From Nemertoderma westbladi (lineage: Eukaryota > Animalia > Xenacoelomorpha): 36,531 nt of DNA. Shown here one piece after another: positions 1 to 8,893 of the stretch. The translations under genes were made by a program, and so were the position numbers. The notes beneath the pieces are model-generated. The model ran no database searches. It saw only the letters and a list, made by a program, of their open reading frames with translations, and was not told where the DNA came from. How positions within the stretch are numbered: the first letter of the stretch is position 1; every line of letters starts with the position of its first letter. The DNA is taken from the NCBI GenBank assembly GCA_032718475.1, contig JAUCBJ010000177.1, positions 1 to 36,531 of the forward strand, read 5' to 3'.

Positions 1-35
1 CTACTACTCCTTCCCGCAGGACTCTCGAAGAGAGA

Positions 36-2522
36 ATGCCACAAGAACGAATATACCAAGTAAACGATTGGGAAGTGGAGAGCAGTGAGGTGGACGAACT
101 AACTGAGGGAACACCATACTCCTCAGATAATGACGACATCTACCAACTCTTCGATGAAGAGAACACAATCGACCTACTTACAGAAAACAAAACTTGGAAA
201 AATCAGGTGAACCTATGTCAACTGATTCGCCCATCGGAACCCATTGATTACAATGACGAACTAAATGACGAGATAGAGCGCTACAACGCTAGAACTCGGG
301 ACGAACTCACCGTACGATTCTTTACTCAAGAATTGGTAGAGCCCAATTCATACGATAAGGCTCTATCGATAGAAGAAGAAAGAGCCAAGCAAATCCAGGA
401 AACAACTACACGTTTTTTAAAGGACCAAGGTAGATATGAAATCGGCCTACCATTTCGAAAACGAGACCCTAGATTTATAAATAACAGACCCTTGGCAGAG
501 AAAAGAATCGCTCAATTACATCGACGCCTTACGGCTAATGCTTCAGCTAAAGAAATGTACCAAACTCAGTTGAAGAAATTTATAACAAAGGGATACGCGG
601 AGCGAGTACCGGAAGGAACACCAGTGACTGAGAGAACGTATTACTTAACACATCATTACGTTCCCAAACCCGGTAAACCCCACGAATTACGAGTCGTATT
701 CGATGGCTCTGCTCTATATATGGGCCAATCCCTCAATTCCGAGTTGTTACCAGGACTCAACTTACTCCAATCTTTGTTGGGAATACTTTTGAGATTAAGA
801 CAATATTCCATCGCGTTCGCCTCCGATATAGAAGGAATGTTCTTACAAGTCAAGGCGCTGGATAGAGATAGAGACAGTCTGATATTTCTGTGGTGGCCTG
901 AAGGAGACCTCAACCAGAAACCGGTAGAGTACTGGATGACCATCCAGGCTTTTGGGATCATATCAAGCCCTTCCAACGCCTGCTCCGTGGTGCGAACCAC
1001 TGCGAATGACAACCGAGACGCCTTCTCCAAAGAGGTGATAGACAACATCAAACGTAATATATACATGGACGACAATTTAAGGTCCCTTCCATCAGTAGAA
1101 GAAGCCATAGATGTCGCGAAAGGAACGGTAGAGTGTTTGAAAAGAGGTGGATTTCGACTGACGAAATTCACCAGCAACTCCCATGAGTTTCTGGAAGCGA
1201 TACCGGTAGAAGACCGAGGAGCGAAAGACCAAGACTTAATAAAGGACGATCTTCCAGAAACCAAGACGCTTGGCTTGAAGTGGGACACTGAAAGAGACAT
1301 CCTGTTTTTTCAGCTCAAACAGCGAGATAATCCAGTTCGGACCAAACGGATTTGTTTAAGCATCCTGAGCACTTATTTCGACCCATTGGGATTTATTAGC
1401 CCAGTTATATTGATTGCTCGGAGTTTAGTACAACAAATGTGGCTTGAAAACCACTCATGGGACGATCCACTTAAGGGAGAACTGTTAAAGAAATGGATGA
1501 AATGGGAAGATTCTCTACCTGCCATCGAGAGCTTTATAATTTCCCGTGCATATTTTGGTCATGTTCTCCCTACTTATTCCTATCAACTCCATGTGTTTGG
1601 AGACGCCAGCGACATGGGAATAGGTATAGTGGCATATCTGCGAGTCGAAACTCCGGATGGAATCAAGGTCGCCTTGGTTACCTCTAAGGCATTGATTAAC
1701 AACAAGTTAAAGGTTCCTCGAGCGGAGTTAAAGGCGGCTTTATACGCTACAGCCATCGGCCGGAACGTAACAGAACAAATCGACTATCCACTGGAGAAAA
1801 CTGTTTATTGGACCGACGCTTTACTCGTGTTGGAGTATATAACCAATGAAGTCTGTCAGTTCAGCGTTTTTGTTACTAACAGGGTACCTATTATTCTTAG
1901 TCGCACAAAGATAGATCAATGGAGACATTGCCCTGGTACGATTAATCCAGCCGATATCGCCTCCAGGGGAGCGACTCCACAGGAACTGATAGATACTCCA
2001 GACTGGTTGGGTGGACCCGACTTCCTGAGCAAGGAAGAGGATGAATGGCCTCCTCACCTTACTACGGCGGAGATTAGACAAGCCAAGGGAGCGGAGACAG
2101 TCAAACCTAAAACCCGGGCGAGTAAATCGAAGTTATTTAAACCGACGATCGATCTATCTGTATTACATACTTCCGGGAAAGATGCTTCGGATCCACAATC
2201 CCTCAACACAAATAAGTCTGTTGTGGAAATTAGAGATAGAGATTGGAAATCTGGAATACCAGACGTCTCGCAAGGAATCTCACCCATGCTGCAGAGAGCA
2301 ATGCATCACTACAGTTCCTGGAATCGGCTCTGTAAAGCCGTCACGTATTTAAGGAGATGTTTTCATCATCACTACTCCAGGACGAAGACCATTAGTGATA
2401 CCGCTCCATTGACATCTGCGCAAGTTCATGTTATTAAAAATTTACCCAAATATAAAACATCCGACCGGTTTCTAAAGGAGAAAATTAGTCACCAGGAGCA
2501 TGAAGAAACATCGCTTCTCTAG
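36..2522 (+). CDS. pol: Pol, RT + RNase H part (frame is open from position 3, so it is 5'-truncated by the window)
   Basis: RT: YYLTHHYV..K...LRVVFDGS, DIEGMFLQV, FGIISSPS, YMDD, LGLKWD. Pao RNase H: LHVFGDAS, PRAELKAA, YWTDA, NPADIASRG. Confidence 0.95.
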   Translation: MPQERIYQVNDWEVESSEVDELTEGTPYSSDNDDIYQLFDEENTIDLLTENKTWKNQVNLCQLIRPSEPIDYNDELNDEIERYNARTRDELTVRFFTQELVEPNSYDKALSIEEERAKQIQETTTRFLKDQGRYEIGLPFRKRDPRFINNRPLAEKRIAQLHRRLTANASAKEMYQTQLKKFITKGYAERVPEGTPVTERTYYLTHHYVPKPGKPHELRVVFDGSALYMGQSLNSELLPGLNLLQSLLGILLRLRQYSIAFASDIEGMFLQVKALDRDRDSLIFLWWPEGDLNQKPVEYWMTIQAFGIISSPSNACSVVRTTANDNRDAFSKEVIDNIKRNIYMDDNLRSLPSVEEAIDVAKGTVECLKRGGFRLTKFTSNSHEFLEAIPVEDRGAKDQDLIKDDLPETKTLGLKWDTERDILFFQLKQRDNPVRTKRICLSILSTYFDPLGFISPVILIARSLVQQMWLENHSWDDPLKGELLKKWMKWEDSLPAIESFIISRAYFGHVLPTYSYQLHVFGDASDMGIGIVAYLRVETPDGIKVALVTSKALINNKLKVPRAELKAALYATAIGRNVTEQIDYPLEKTVYWTDALLVLEYITNEVCQFSVFVTNRVPIILSRTKIDQWRHCPGTINPADIASRGATPQELIDTPDWLGGPDFLSKEEDEWPPHLTTAEIRQAKGAETVKPKTRASKSKLFKPTIDLSVLHTSGKDASDPQSLNTNKSVVEIRDRDWKSGIPDVSQGISPMLQRAMHHYSSWNRLCKAVTYLRRCFHHHYSRTKTISDTAPLTSAQVHVIKNLPKYKTSDRFLKEKISHQEHEETSLL

Positions 2523-3858
2523 CACAATGATAGATGGGTTAATACGTGTTGGAGGAAGGCTCACCAATGCGCCATTATCCTTTGACACTAAATTCCCCAT
2601 ACTCATTAGAAATCTTGAAGTACAAATCAAGATGATTGTAGATGTTCACAGCAAACTTTATCATGCTGGTAGAGAACGAGTTCTTAGCGAAATCCGAACT
2701 CGCTATTATTTTTATAAACCCCGTAGAGCTCTGAACCAAGTTCTTAGGAACTGCATACCCTGTAGGAAAGCATTCAGTAGGCCTTTAACACAGCGAGAGG
2801 CAGAATTACCTAGGGAACGAGTAAGCTTCTATGAACCACCTTTTACTAATACTGGTGTAGATTTATTTGGCCCTATTGAAGTATATCGTGCTAGGACTAT
2901 AGTCAAGAGATGGTGTGTCATCTTCGTATGCATGACTTGTAGAGCCATTCATCTCGATATGGTGAACGATCTGTCTACCAACAGCTTCGTCTTAAGTTTA
3001 CGCCGACAGATCGCTCGCTTCGGGACGAGTAATACCATGAGATCGGATAAGGGAACGAACTTCATTGGTGCCAACAACGAAATACAGGCTTACGTGAAGG
3101 ACTGGAACCAAAGACAGGTGGACGATCAGCTAAGGATAACAGCGTCTAGCTGGACCTTCAACGCCGCCGACGCCCCTTGGTGGGGAGGAAGTTGGGAGAG
3201 ATTAATTAGAAGTGTCAAGACCGCATTTCACTTTATAGTGCCATGCCGCGCGTATCTCACCGACGAACTTTTGCGGACGTTAATGGAGGAAATAGCTGCC
3301 TATCTCAACGAGAGACCGCTTATGCCAGTCTCATCGAGTCCCGATTCCCTGGAAGCGCTAACACCCGCGCACTTCCTACTGAAGAAACCTGTAGCCATGC
3401 TCCCACGATCGGAGATTGCCGACGGAGACGAATACTGCCGTCAAACTTGGCAACTTATGCAGTTGCTATCCCGTCGTTTCGCTGACCATTTCGAGAAACA
3501 TTATCTGCCCACGCTACAACTTCGAACTAAGTGGTTTGCGCAGCAAGAAAACGTCAGCGCCGGAGATATGGTGCTTATTGTAGATCCAGACCTCCCACGT
3601 AAACGGTGGCAGACAGGTCGTATCATCGAGACTCACATCTCGGATGATGGTTTAGTGCGCTCGGTAGAACTCGTCGTCATGCGGCGTAACTTCAAGAAGC
3701 CAGGTATAATCTTTGAGACGCAACAACTCAACCGCCCAGTTGGTCGTTTATGTTTACTGGAAAGAGACAGAGAACTCTCCGGAAACTATGGAAGGCAAGA
3801 CACTCTTCCCACGACCACCTCCCTAATTCCTCAAACATCTAGGGACTCCCCAACGTGA
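2500..3858 (+). CDS. pol: Pol, integrase part (out-of-frame continuation of pol; the annotated ATG is probably not a real start)
   Basis: GLIRVGGRL, HHCC finger (HSKLYH...CIPC), DDE core (GVDLFGP, SDKGTNF, PWWGGSWERLI), Pao C-terminal W..GRI.....DGLVRSV. Confidence 0.95.
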   Translation: MKKHRFSSTMIDGLIRVGGRLTNAPLSFDTKFPILIRNLEVQIKMIVDVHSKLYHAGRERVLSEIRTRYYFYKPRRALNQVLRNCIPCRKAFSRPLTQREAELPRERVSFYEPPFTNTGVDLFGPIEVYRARTIVKRWCVIFVCMTCRAIHLDMVNDLSTNSFVLSLRRQIARFGTSNTMRSDKGTNFIGANNEIQAYVKDWNQRQVDDQLRITASSWTFNAADAPWWGGSWERLIRSVKTAFHFIVPCRAYLTDELLRTLMEEIAAYLNERPLMPVSSSPDSLEALTPAHFLLKKPVAMLPRSEIADGDEYCRQTWQLMQLLSRRFADHFEKHYLPTLQLRTKWFAQQENVSAGDMVLIVDPDLPRKRWQTGRIIETHISDDGLVRSVELVVMRRNFKKPGIIFETQQLNRPVGRLCLLERDRELSGNYGRQDTLPTTTSLIPQTSRDSPT

Positions 3859-3862
3859 TACG

Positions 3863-3877
3863 TCTGGAGTGGGTGTA
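3863..3877 (+). promoter_or_regulatory. Polypurine-tract-like motif + TGTA (PPT 1)
   Basis: TCTGGAGTGGG-TGTA starts 5 nt after the integrase stop, the usual position of the BEL/Pao PPT/LTR junction. Confidence 0.55.
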
Positions 3878-3969
3878 TGACTATATTATTTTATCTATTT
3901 TATTATATTTTATATGTGAACATTATTATGTACTTTATTATAATCGTTTTTATTCAATTTTATTTAGTA

Positions 3970-5400
3970 GAAGGTTATTTTAGATTATTTGGTAGATTAG
4001 TGCAATATATTAGTGTTTATTACGTAATTACATATATATAATATATATTTAGTGTGACGGCGAGAAATAATTTTTCTCTTTCCTTACTGTCCGTATCATA
4101 TTATAAATACGTGACTACAGTAAGATGAAATGTCCGTACTTATTAAAGTACAATAAAGCCACTACTATATTTAAGTATTATTGGTAGGCAGAGTATTAGG
4201 AATGCAAAGTTCAGATCATCGTGTCTCGGCTAAACCAAGCTCTGGGTAGACCTTGGAAACGACTTGCCTCTTCACACTGACATTGCTTCGTGCGATATTG
4301 CTCTTCTACCTTATATTAAATAATACATATAGTAGCGTGATGTCCATATAACAGTAGCGTAAAACGCAAATAAATCTGTTAAACCTTTTGACCATCTGTA
4401 ATTCTAGTCGATTAAGATATCGCGGCACCCACCGATATACTTGAAAGACAAATTCTAGAATCAGTGGTTAACGTCCCCAGACAAGTTCTGGAATAAATTG
4501 GTGCCCATCTTGAATATTAATTTAATATTTATTAAAATCTGTAAAATTCAGATCCTTTAAAATTTCTAGTCAATTAAGATATCGCAGCACTTACCGATAC
4601 TCTTAAAAGACAATTTTATAGAATTAGGGATCCTCAGTCCCCAGACATGCTCTGGAATAAAAAATTGTGTCAATTTTAACATCAAATAATAAAATTCACG
4701 GGAAGAAATTTAAATTCATATTTTAAATGAATTTCATAAATTGTCGTTTTGTGCAATTTATAACATTCCCAAAATTCCATTAATTAATAGATCATGGGAG
4801 CGGAGATTCATCCTATTGAGTGTATTAGAGTGCGAGAATCTCCAACATATAGTCAATAGCCGATAAAATTAATAAAATCATGCATAAAGAGGATATTGAC
4901 AATTAAAGAATTACTATTAAATAGCATCCCAGATCTGTATGCATGAGAATTACCCTAATTCTACCGCTAGCATTCTATAATGTCACCATAGCAACACCCA
5001 CGCTAGAATTAGAAGCAAGTTAAAAGAACAATAGAAAGCTTGTCCCATTGCATAGCATAGAGAATACATAGCACACTGTTAGTATCCAAGGATACACAGT
5101 AATAATGTGACATTCTGGAAGGCACTGACTAACGGACAAATGGCCTGTATGTGTACAATTGGTGACAGTTGTGTGGAATTTATGCGTTTATAGGTGAATG
5201 TTACTGCTAAAGTATGTTTACAGTAGCTAGTCGCAATTGTAAAAGTAGCCCAACTCTCCTATAGAAAGAACCTAAGTGGATCCAAGCCTTTGGGACGGAC
5301 AGTGGAGTGACTTGTGCCGGTTATCGTTGTCGTGCTGTTGCTACATGTTGGCGTAAACACCGCGACGACGGTACATCGGCGCTGAGAATCCCACTGTCCG
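3970..5400 (+). ncRNA. Highly structured non-coding RNA region (array of stem-loops) between pol and the accessory ORF
   Basis: Stems read by eye: 4083-4124, 4162-4335, 4401-4461, 4564-4623, 4802-4843, 4878-4946, 4955-5012, 5040-5139, 5144-5194, 5296-5400; several use G-U pairs on the + strand. Confidence 0.6.
4400..4661 (+). repeat. Diverged ~100 bp direct repeat (4400-4497 / 4562-4661), each copy forming two hairpins
   Basis: TTCTAGTCRATTAAGATATCGCRGCAC..ACCGATA..CTTRAAAGACAA...GTCCCCAGACA.G.TCTGGAATAAA in both copies. Confidence 0.85.
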
Positions 5401-5479
5401 GGGGCAAAGAGAAGTAGGCAGCGACGCCCGCTCGCCTAAATATAAACTCATTTGATATTAATAAACTCAGATAGCAGAT

Positions 5480-8400
5480 ATGACGGAGTTGATAGAAGAT
5501 GATCTTGGTATTAGGGAGCGATATACTCTACCTTTGCAAGCATTTGTGGATAGCTTAATACGCGGTGAAGCCGATCCAACCATTACGGAGGACGATGGTC
5601 GTTATATCGAACCGCCGATGTCCCAAGAGCAACTTGCGCGTGAATTGGATTATCGAAAATTCACCGCTCGCTATACGAATCGTAATGGTACGTATATGGA
5701 CTTCTTAACTACCGGCCATCCTATCGATTTACATGACACGGACGATGTAGATACAGAGAGGGAAATGGTTCTATTTAAATATCATACCCAGTGGAGTCGT
5801 AACGATAAACTGAGAATAGATCACGAAAATTCTATTCGTAATAGACTGGAAAGAGAAAACGTTGAAGAACCGGATAAACGCATCGACTTCAACGAATACC
5901 TAGAATTTTTGAGAGAAACCTATCTCAACATCGCCAGTCAGCAGAACCTAGAGACTCGATATCCTCAAGGTATACATCATGACCCTGTGGTAGAACTCAA
6001 ACGGCTCTATTTCACGATGATGTATCTTACCGCCGATCATCCACTACCTGTTATCCCGGATAGTTTTGAACAAATGGAGGAATATTGCAAAACTGGAGAA
6101 CGATCACCCGCGTTTCCTCTGCAGGACGTACGTCTTTGGTATTATTGTGACGAATGCCCTAGACCCAACCAACAAACTGAAAGACATAAACATCCGCGGA
6201 GACGTTGCGCTAAACACAGTTTTACGCGTTACACTTACGGGAGTTTCGAGCGAAACCTGTTCGACGTACCACCTACGATCGCTCGTCTTAAACGATCACT
6301 GAATAAACCCATGATCAGAGTTCCGGAATACTCGGTCAGGCCTCCTCATTCCCTAGTGAGACCTCAAACTCTTGATCCTAACAGTATCACTGATCCTCCC
6401 GAACTATATTCCCTGTTCAAAGACTTAGTGTTACCCGAACAATTAATCGGTGGTGTTCCGGTAGTGGGTTCGTTAGACATTCGCCCATCCTACTTAGCTG
6501 GATTGGGACGCGGGCAGCTAATATCGCCCTTTGATCCTTACAATCGTCCAGGATTAAACCCGATGCAACCTGCCACGGAAGTCGAGGAGAGCGTTATAAG
6601 AAACGCTTTAGACGCTATTCGACAGAAGATCGGAAAGGGAACACAAGATTGTTTAGAGAAACGTAAATTACAACAACAAGTCCAATCGGTGAAGGAGTTA
6701 GCCTTGCCACAGTTCGATAGAGAAATCCAAAACCTCGAGGAAGACATCGAGCTTGGACGCACGTATTCTCTACAAGAATTTTTAGATGAACGCTTACAGA
6801 GACAAGCGGAAGAAAATCTACTCGAGGAGAAACACACGAAACTGGAAGAGAGAGAAGAAGCCGCTTTAGCCCAACCTGAAGCTCAAATCCTTATGACGGA
6901 CCTCTACTCTCAAACCATTCGTCATCCCTCGATGATTCCATATTTCGGAGACAAACTCTTCGCGACGATACAACCTCAACCGGTTGATATCAGTACAGGA
7001 TCGCAAAATCTTATCGCTGACGCCCCTATGTTACAGCGTCCGCCGATAGAGGCCGCTCGTGTTGACGGTATACTCGTTGAACCTCCGGACAATCGAGCGG
7101 ATCTTGTCCGTCGTATGGTACACGATGTCAACATACGCGCTAGACCTTTACAGAACTCGTTTTATGGGATTAAAGACCACCCTTATTACGTTAATCTGAC
7201 TCAATATTATATGGTAAAACCAGAAGACCCGACGCATAATTTAAAGTTTCTACCACTAATAAATCCTCTAGACATTGTCGAACTCGAACAATTGCAGAAA
7301 CATCTGGATCAGTTAGTAAAAGTAAACTCATTTAGAAAACCATATAACATTTCTAGAATCGAGAAAGATATAGAACCCCCTTATAATCTCGATGGATTTA
7401 TTAAAACTCGATTAGTCCATTGGAATCTAGATGTATTATTTGAAGAAGAGAAAATACAAAGATATGGAAATGTGGAGACGTATACCACTCGGCACATGAA
7501 GTATAGTGATCTCCCTGACGCTAACCAATGCACCACCTTGTGGCATCCAGTAGGGATGACCCTAGAGAACGCCACCAAGGAGTGGAATGAAACTCTTAAT
7601 GTTATTGAGATGTATGGAGTTGTCACCTACGATAATGAAGGTAGCGTTCCGGTCGGAGAACTAGGAACTACGCGCATGATCCACATACGCGGATTAGCTG
7701 GTTCTACCCACGTGTTTACTCGAGCGTGTTCCGACGTGATTGATTATTCCTTTGAAACTCTCACCGAAACACAAAGGAATCTCCGACATGGACAATTCGA
7801 ACTCGCGCAGCGTTACGTCATTGACACCGAACGCAAACCGGCCATGGGTATCGATGGATCGATGTTACCCCAGCCCGTACTCGAGATGTTGTTCAACGAA
7901 AGAATCCTTAAAATCGGCTCAGCTGTTTATGGAGATCTCCAAAACGACTTTCGGAATATGGAGAACATTCCATACCCTTTCGTTGATACTCAGCTGATTG
8001 CTCCCTGGGCAGAAGGTCGAGGTTTCTTCCGCACCATGTATGCTAATACGTCTAGCAACATTACAAAGGTGCAACGAACTTCCATCGGACATCTTGCCTT
8101 TCAGGAATACGGATGGAATTTCAAAGTCGGAAATCCCATTAACTATCAACAAGTATACGGAGACCATTATTCTCGATTATACTTTGATGGACCATTGACC
8201 GCACCTGGCGCCGTGTATAGCTTCATGAGTGTTCCACTCCGTCCCTCCTTAGCTATATACACGATCTTTGAAAACACCGCACTTGCCGGTTGGCTAGCCG
8301 ATGTGTGCAGTCGTACTATACGCGCCCATCCATTAATACTTGGGACCAAACTCGCTAAGCTAGATGAACATAATAAATTCATCCGCTTTGAATGTTTCCG

Positions 8401-8893
8401 GCGATTTTTAACCCCGTTCCGCAACGTGGATAGCCAATTTAAAGACCGCGCTTTGACCAAGCTCAGCCTAAGAAACTCAGCTGCAGAGAAGTTGGATAGC
8501 GCTGGATTCGCCATTTTCCAAGAGATTTGTATATCGAACTTGCACTCCTCTGTTATACAAAGACCTCGAATCCCCACAGGTTATTCTGTCGTGGAAATTC
8601 AGACAATAGGTCCACCTGAAGAGACAGACACGCCCACCTCAGCTATGCACTTGGAAGACGAACCAATATGTCTAGAATCTGAGGAGATTCAACCTATCGC
8701 GCCCCGGAACAGCGACAACGATTACATCATAGAATGGTATCAAGGTCCACAGTGTCTCACTGCGTACGATTATCGGCATGCCAACTATGTTTCTAGGCAA
8801 CGTTGTCGGTTATATGGACACAAACGTCCGCTGTTCCTATTTCCAAGAACAACCGACTATGGAACTTTATTGCGCATATTGCAGACTCAATAA
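5480..8893 (+). CDS. Intronless 1137 aa accessory protein: Cys/His motif, coiled coil, DEDDy 3'-5' exonuclease (WRN-exo/EXD2/Mut-7/RNase D-like)
   Basis: ExoI VVTYDNEG (D718, E720); LPQPVLEMLFNERILKIGSAVYGD (ExoII D819); FVDTQ; TSIGHLA; ExoIII-like YTIFE; also YYCDEC...HKH....C and a Q/E/L/K-rich helical segment. Confidence 0.75.
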   Translation: MTELIEDDLGIRERYTLPLQAFVDSLIRGEADPTITEDDGRYIEPPMSQEQLARELDYRKFTARYTNRNGTYMDFLTTGHPIDLHDTDDVDTEREMVLFKYHTQWSRNDKLRIDHENSIRNRLERENVEEPDKRIDFNEYLEFLRETYLNIASQQNLETRYPQGIHHDPVVELKRLYFTMMYLTADHPLPVIPDSFEQMEEYCKTGERSPAFPLQDVRLWYYCDECPRPNQQTERHKHPRRRCAKHSFTRYTYGSFERNLFDVPPTIARLKRSLNKPMIRVPEYSVRPPHSLVRPQTLDPNSITDPPELYSLFKDLVLPEQLIGGVPVVGSLDIRPSYLAGLGRGQLISPFDPYNRPGLNPMQPATEVEESVIRNALDAIRQKIGKGTQDCLEKRKLQQQVQSVKELALPQFDREIQNLEEDIELGRTYSLQEFLDERLQRQAEENLLEEKHTKLEEREEAALAQPEAQILMTDLYSQTIRHPSMIPYFGDKLFATIQPQPVDISTGSQNLIADAPMLQRPPIEAARVDGILVEPPDNRADLVRRMVHDVNIRARPLQNSFYGIKDHPYYVNLTQYYMVKPEDPTHNLKFLPLINPLDIVELEQLQKHLDQLVKVNSFRKPYNISRIEKDIEPPYNLDGFIKTRLVHWNLDVLFEEEKIQRYGNVETYTTRHMKYSDLPDANQCTTLWHPVGMTLENATKEWNETLNVIEMYGVVTYDNEGSVPVGELGTTRMIHIRGLAGSTHVFTRACSDVIDYSFETLTETQRNLRHGQFELAQRYVIDTERKPAMGIDGSMLPQPVLEMLFNERILKIGSAVYGDLQNDFRNMENIPYPFVDTQLIAPWAEGRGFFRTMYANTSSNITKVQRTSIGHLAFQEYGWNFKVGNPINYQQVYGDHYSRLYFDGPLTAPGAVYSFMSVPLRPSLAIYTIFENTALAGWLADVCSRTIRAHPLILGTKLAKLDEHNKFIRFECFRRFLTPFRNVDSQFKDRALTKLSLRNSAAEKLDSAGFAIFQEICISNLHSSVIQRPRIPTGYSVVEIQTIGPPEETDTPTSAMHLEDEPICLESEEIQPIAPRNSDNDYIIEWYQGPQCLTAYDYRHANYVSRQRCRLYGHKRPLFLFPRTTDYGTLLRILQTQ

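Larger units (their letters stand above)
1..3873 (+). mobile_element. BEL/Pao (Belpaoviridae) LTR retrotransposon, pol region; 5' part (LTR, gag, protease) lies outside the window; element may extend to ~10.9 kb
   Basis: Domain order RT-RNase H-integrase with Pao-type motifs; purine-rich tract and TGTA directly after the integrase stop. Confidence 0.95.

Noticed and set aside
656-1300. Antisense and alternative-frame ORFs inside pol and the cargo (656-1300, 6538-6837, 8167-8577 etc.)
   Set aside because: Shadows of the long coding frames with no motifs of their own
3874-4353. Definite 3' LTR directly after pol (TGTA...AACA, with TATAAATA and AATAAA)
   Set aside because: No second copy or TSD in the window, and the segment base-pairs with sequence beyond 4353; kept only as an alternative hypothesis
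4400-5400. Self-cleaving ribozyme among the hairpins
   Set aside because: I could not find a hammerhead core or an HDV-like pseudoknot by eye; an Infernal search is needed to exclude one
5480-8893. Retroviral env gene
   Set aside because: No signal peptide, TM helix or fusion-protein pattern; it has exonuclease motifs instead
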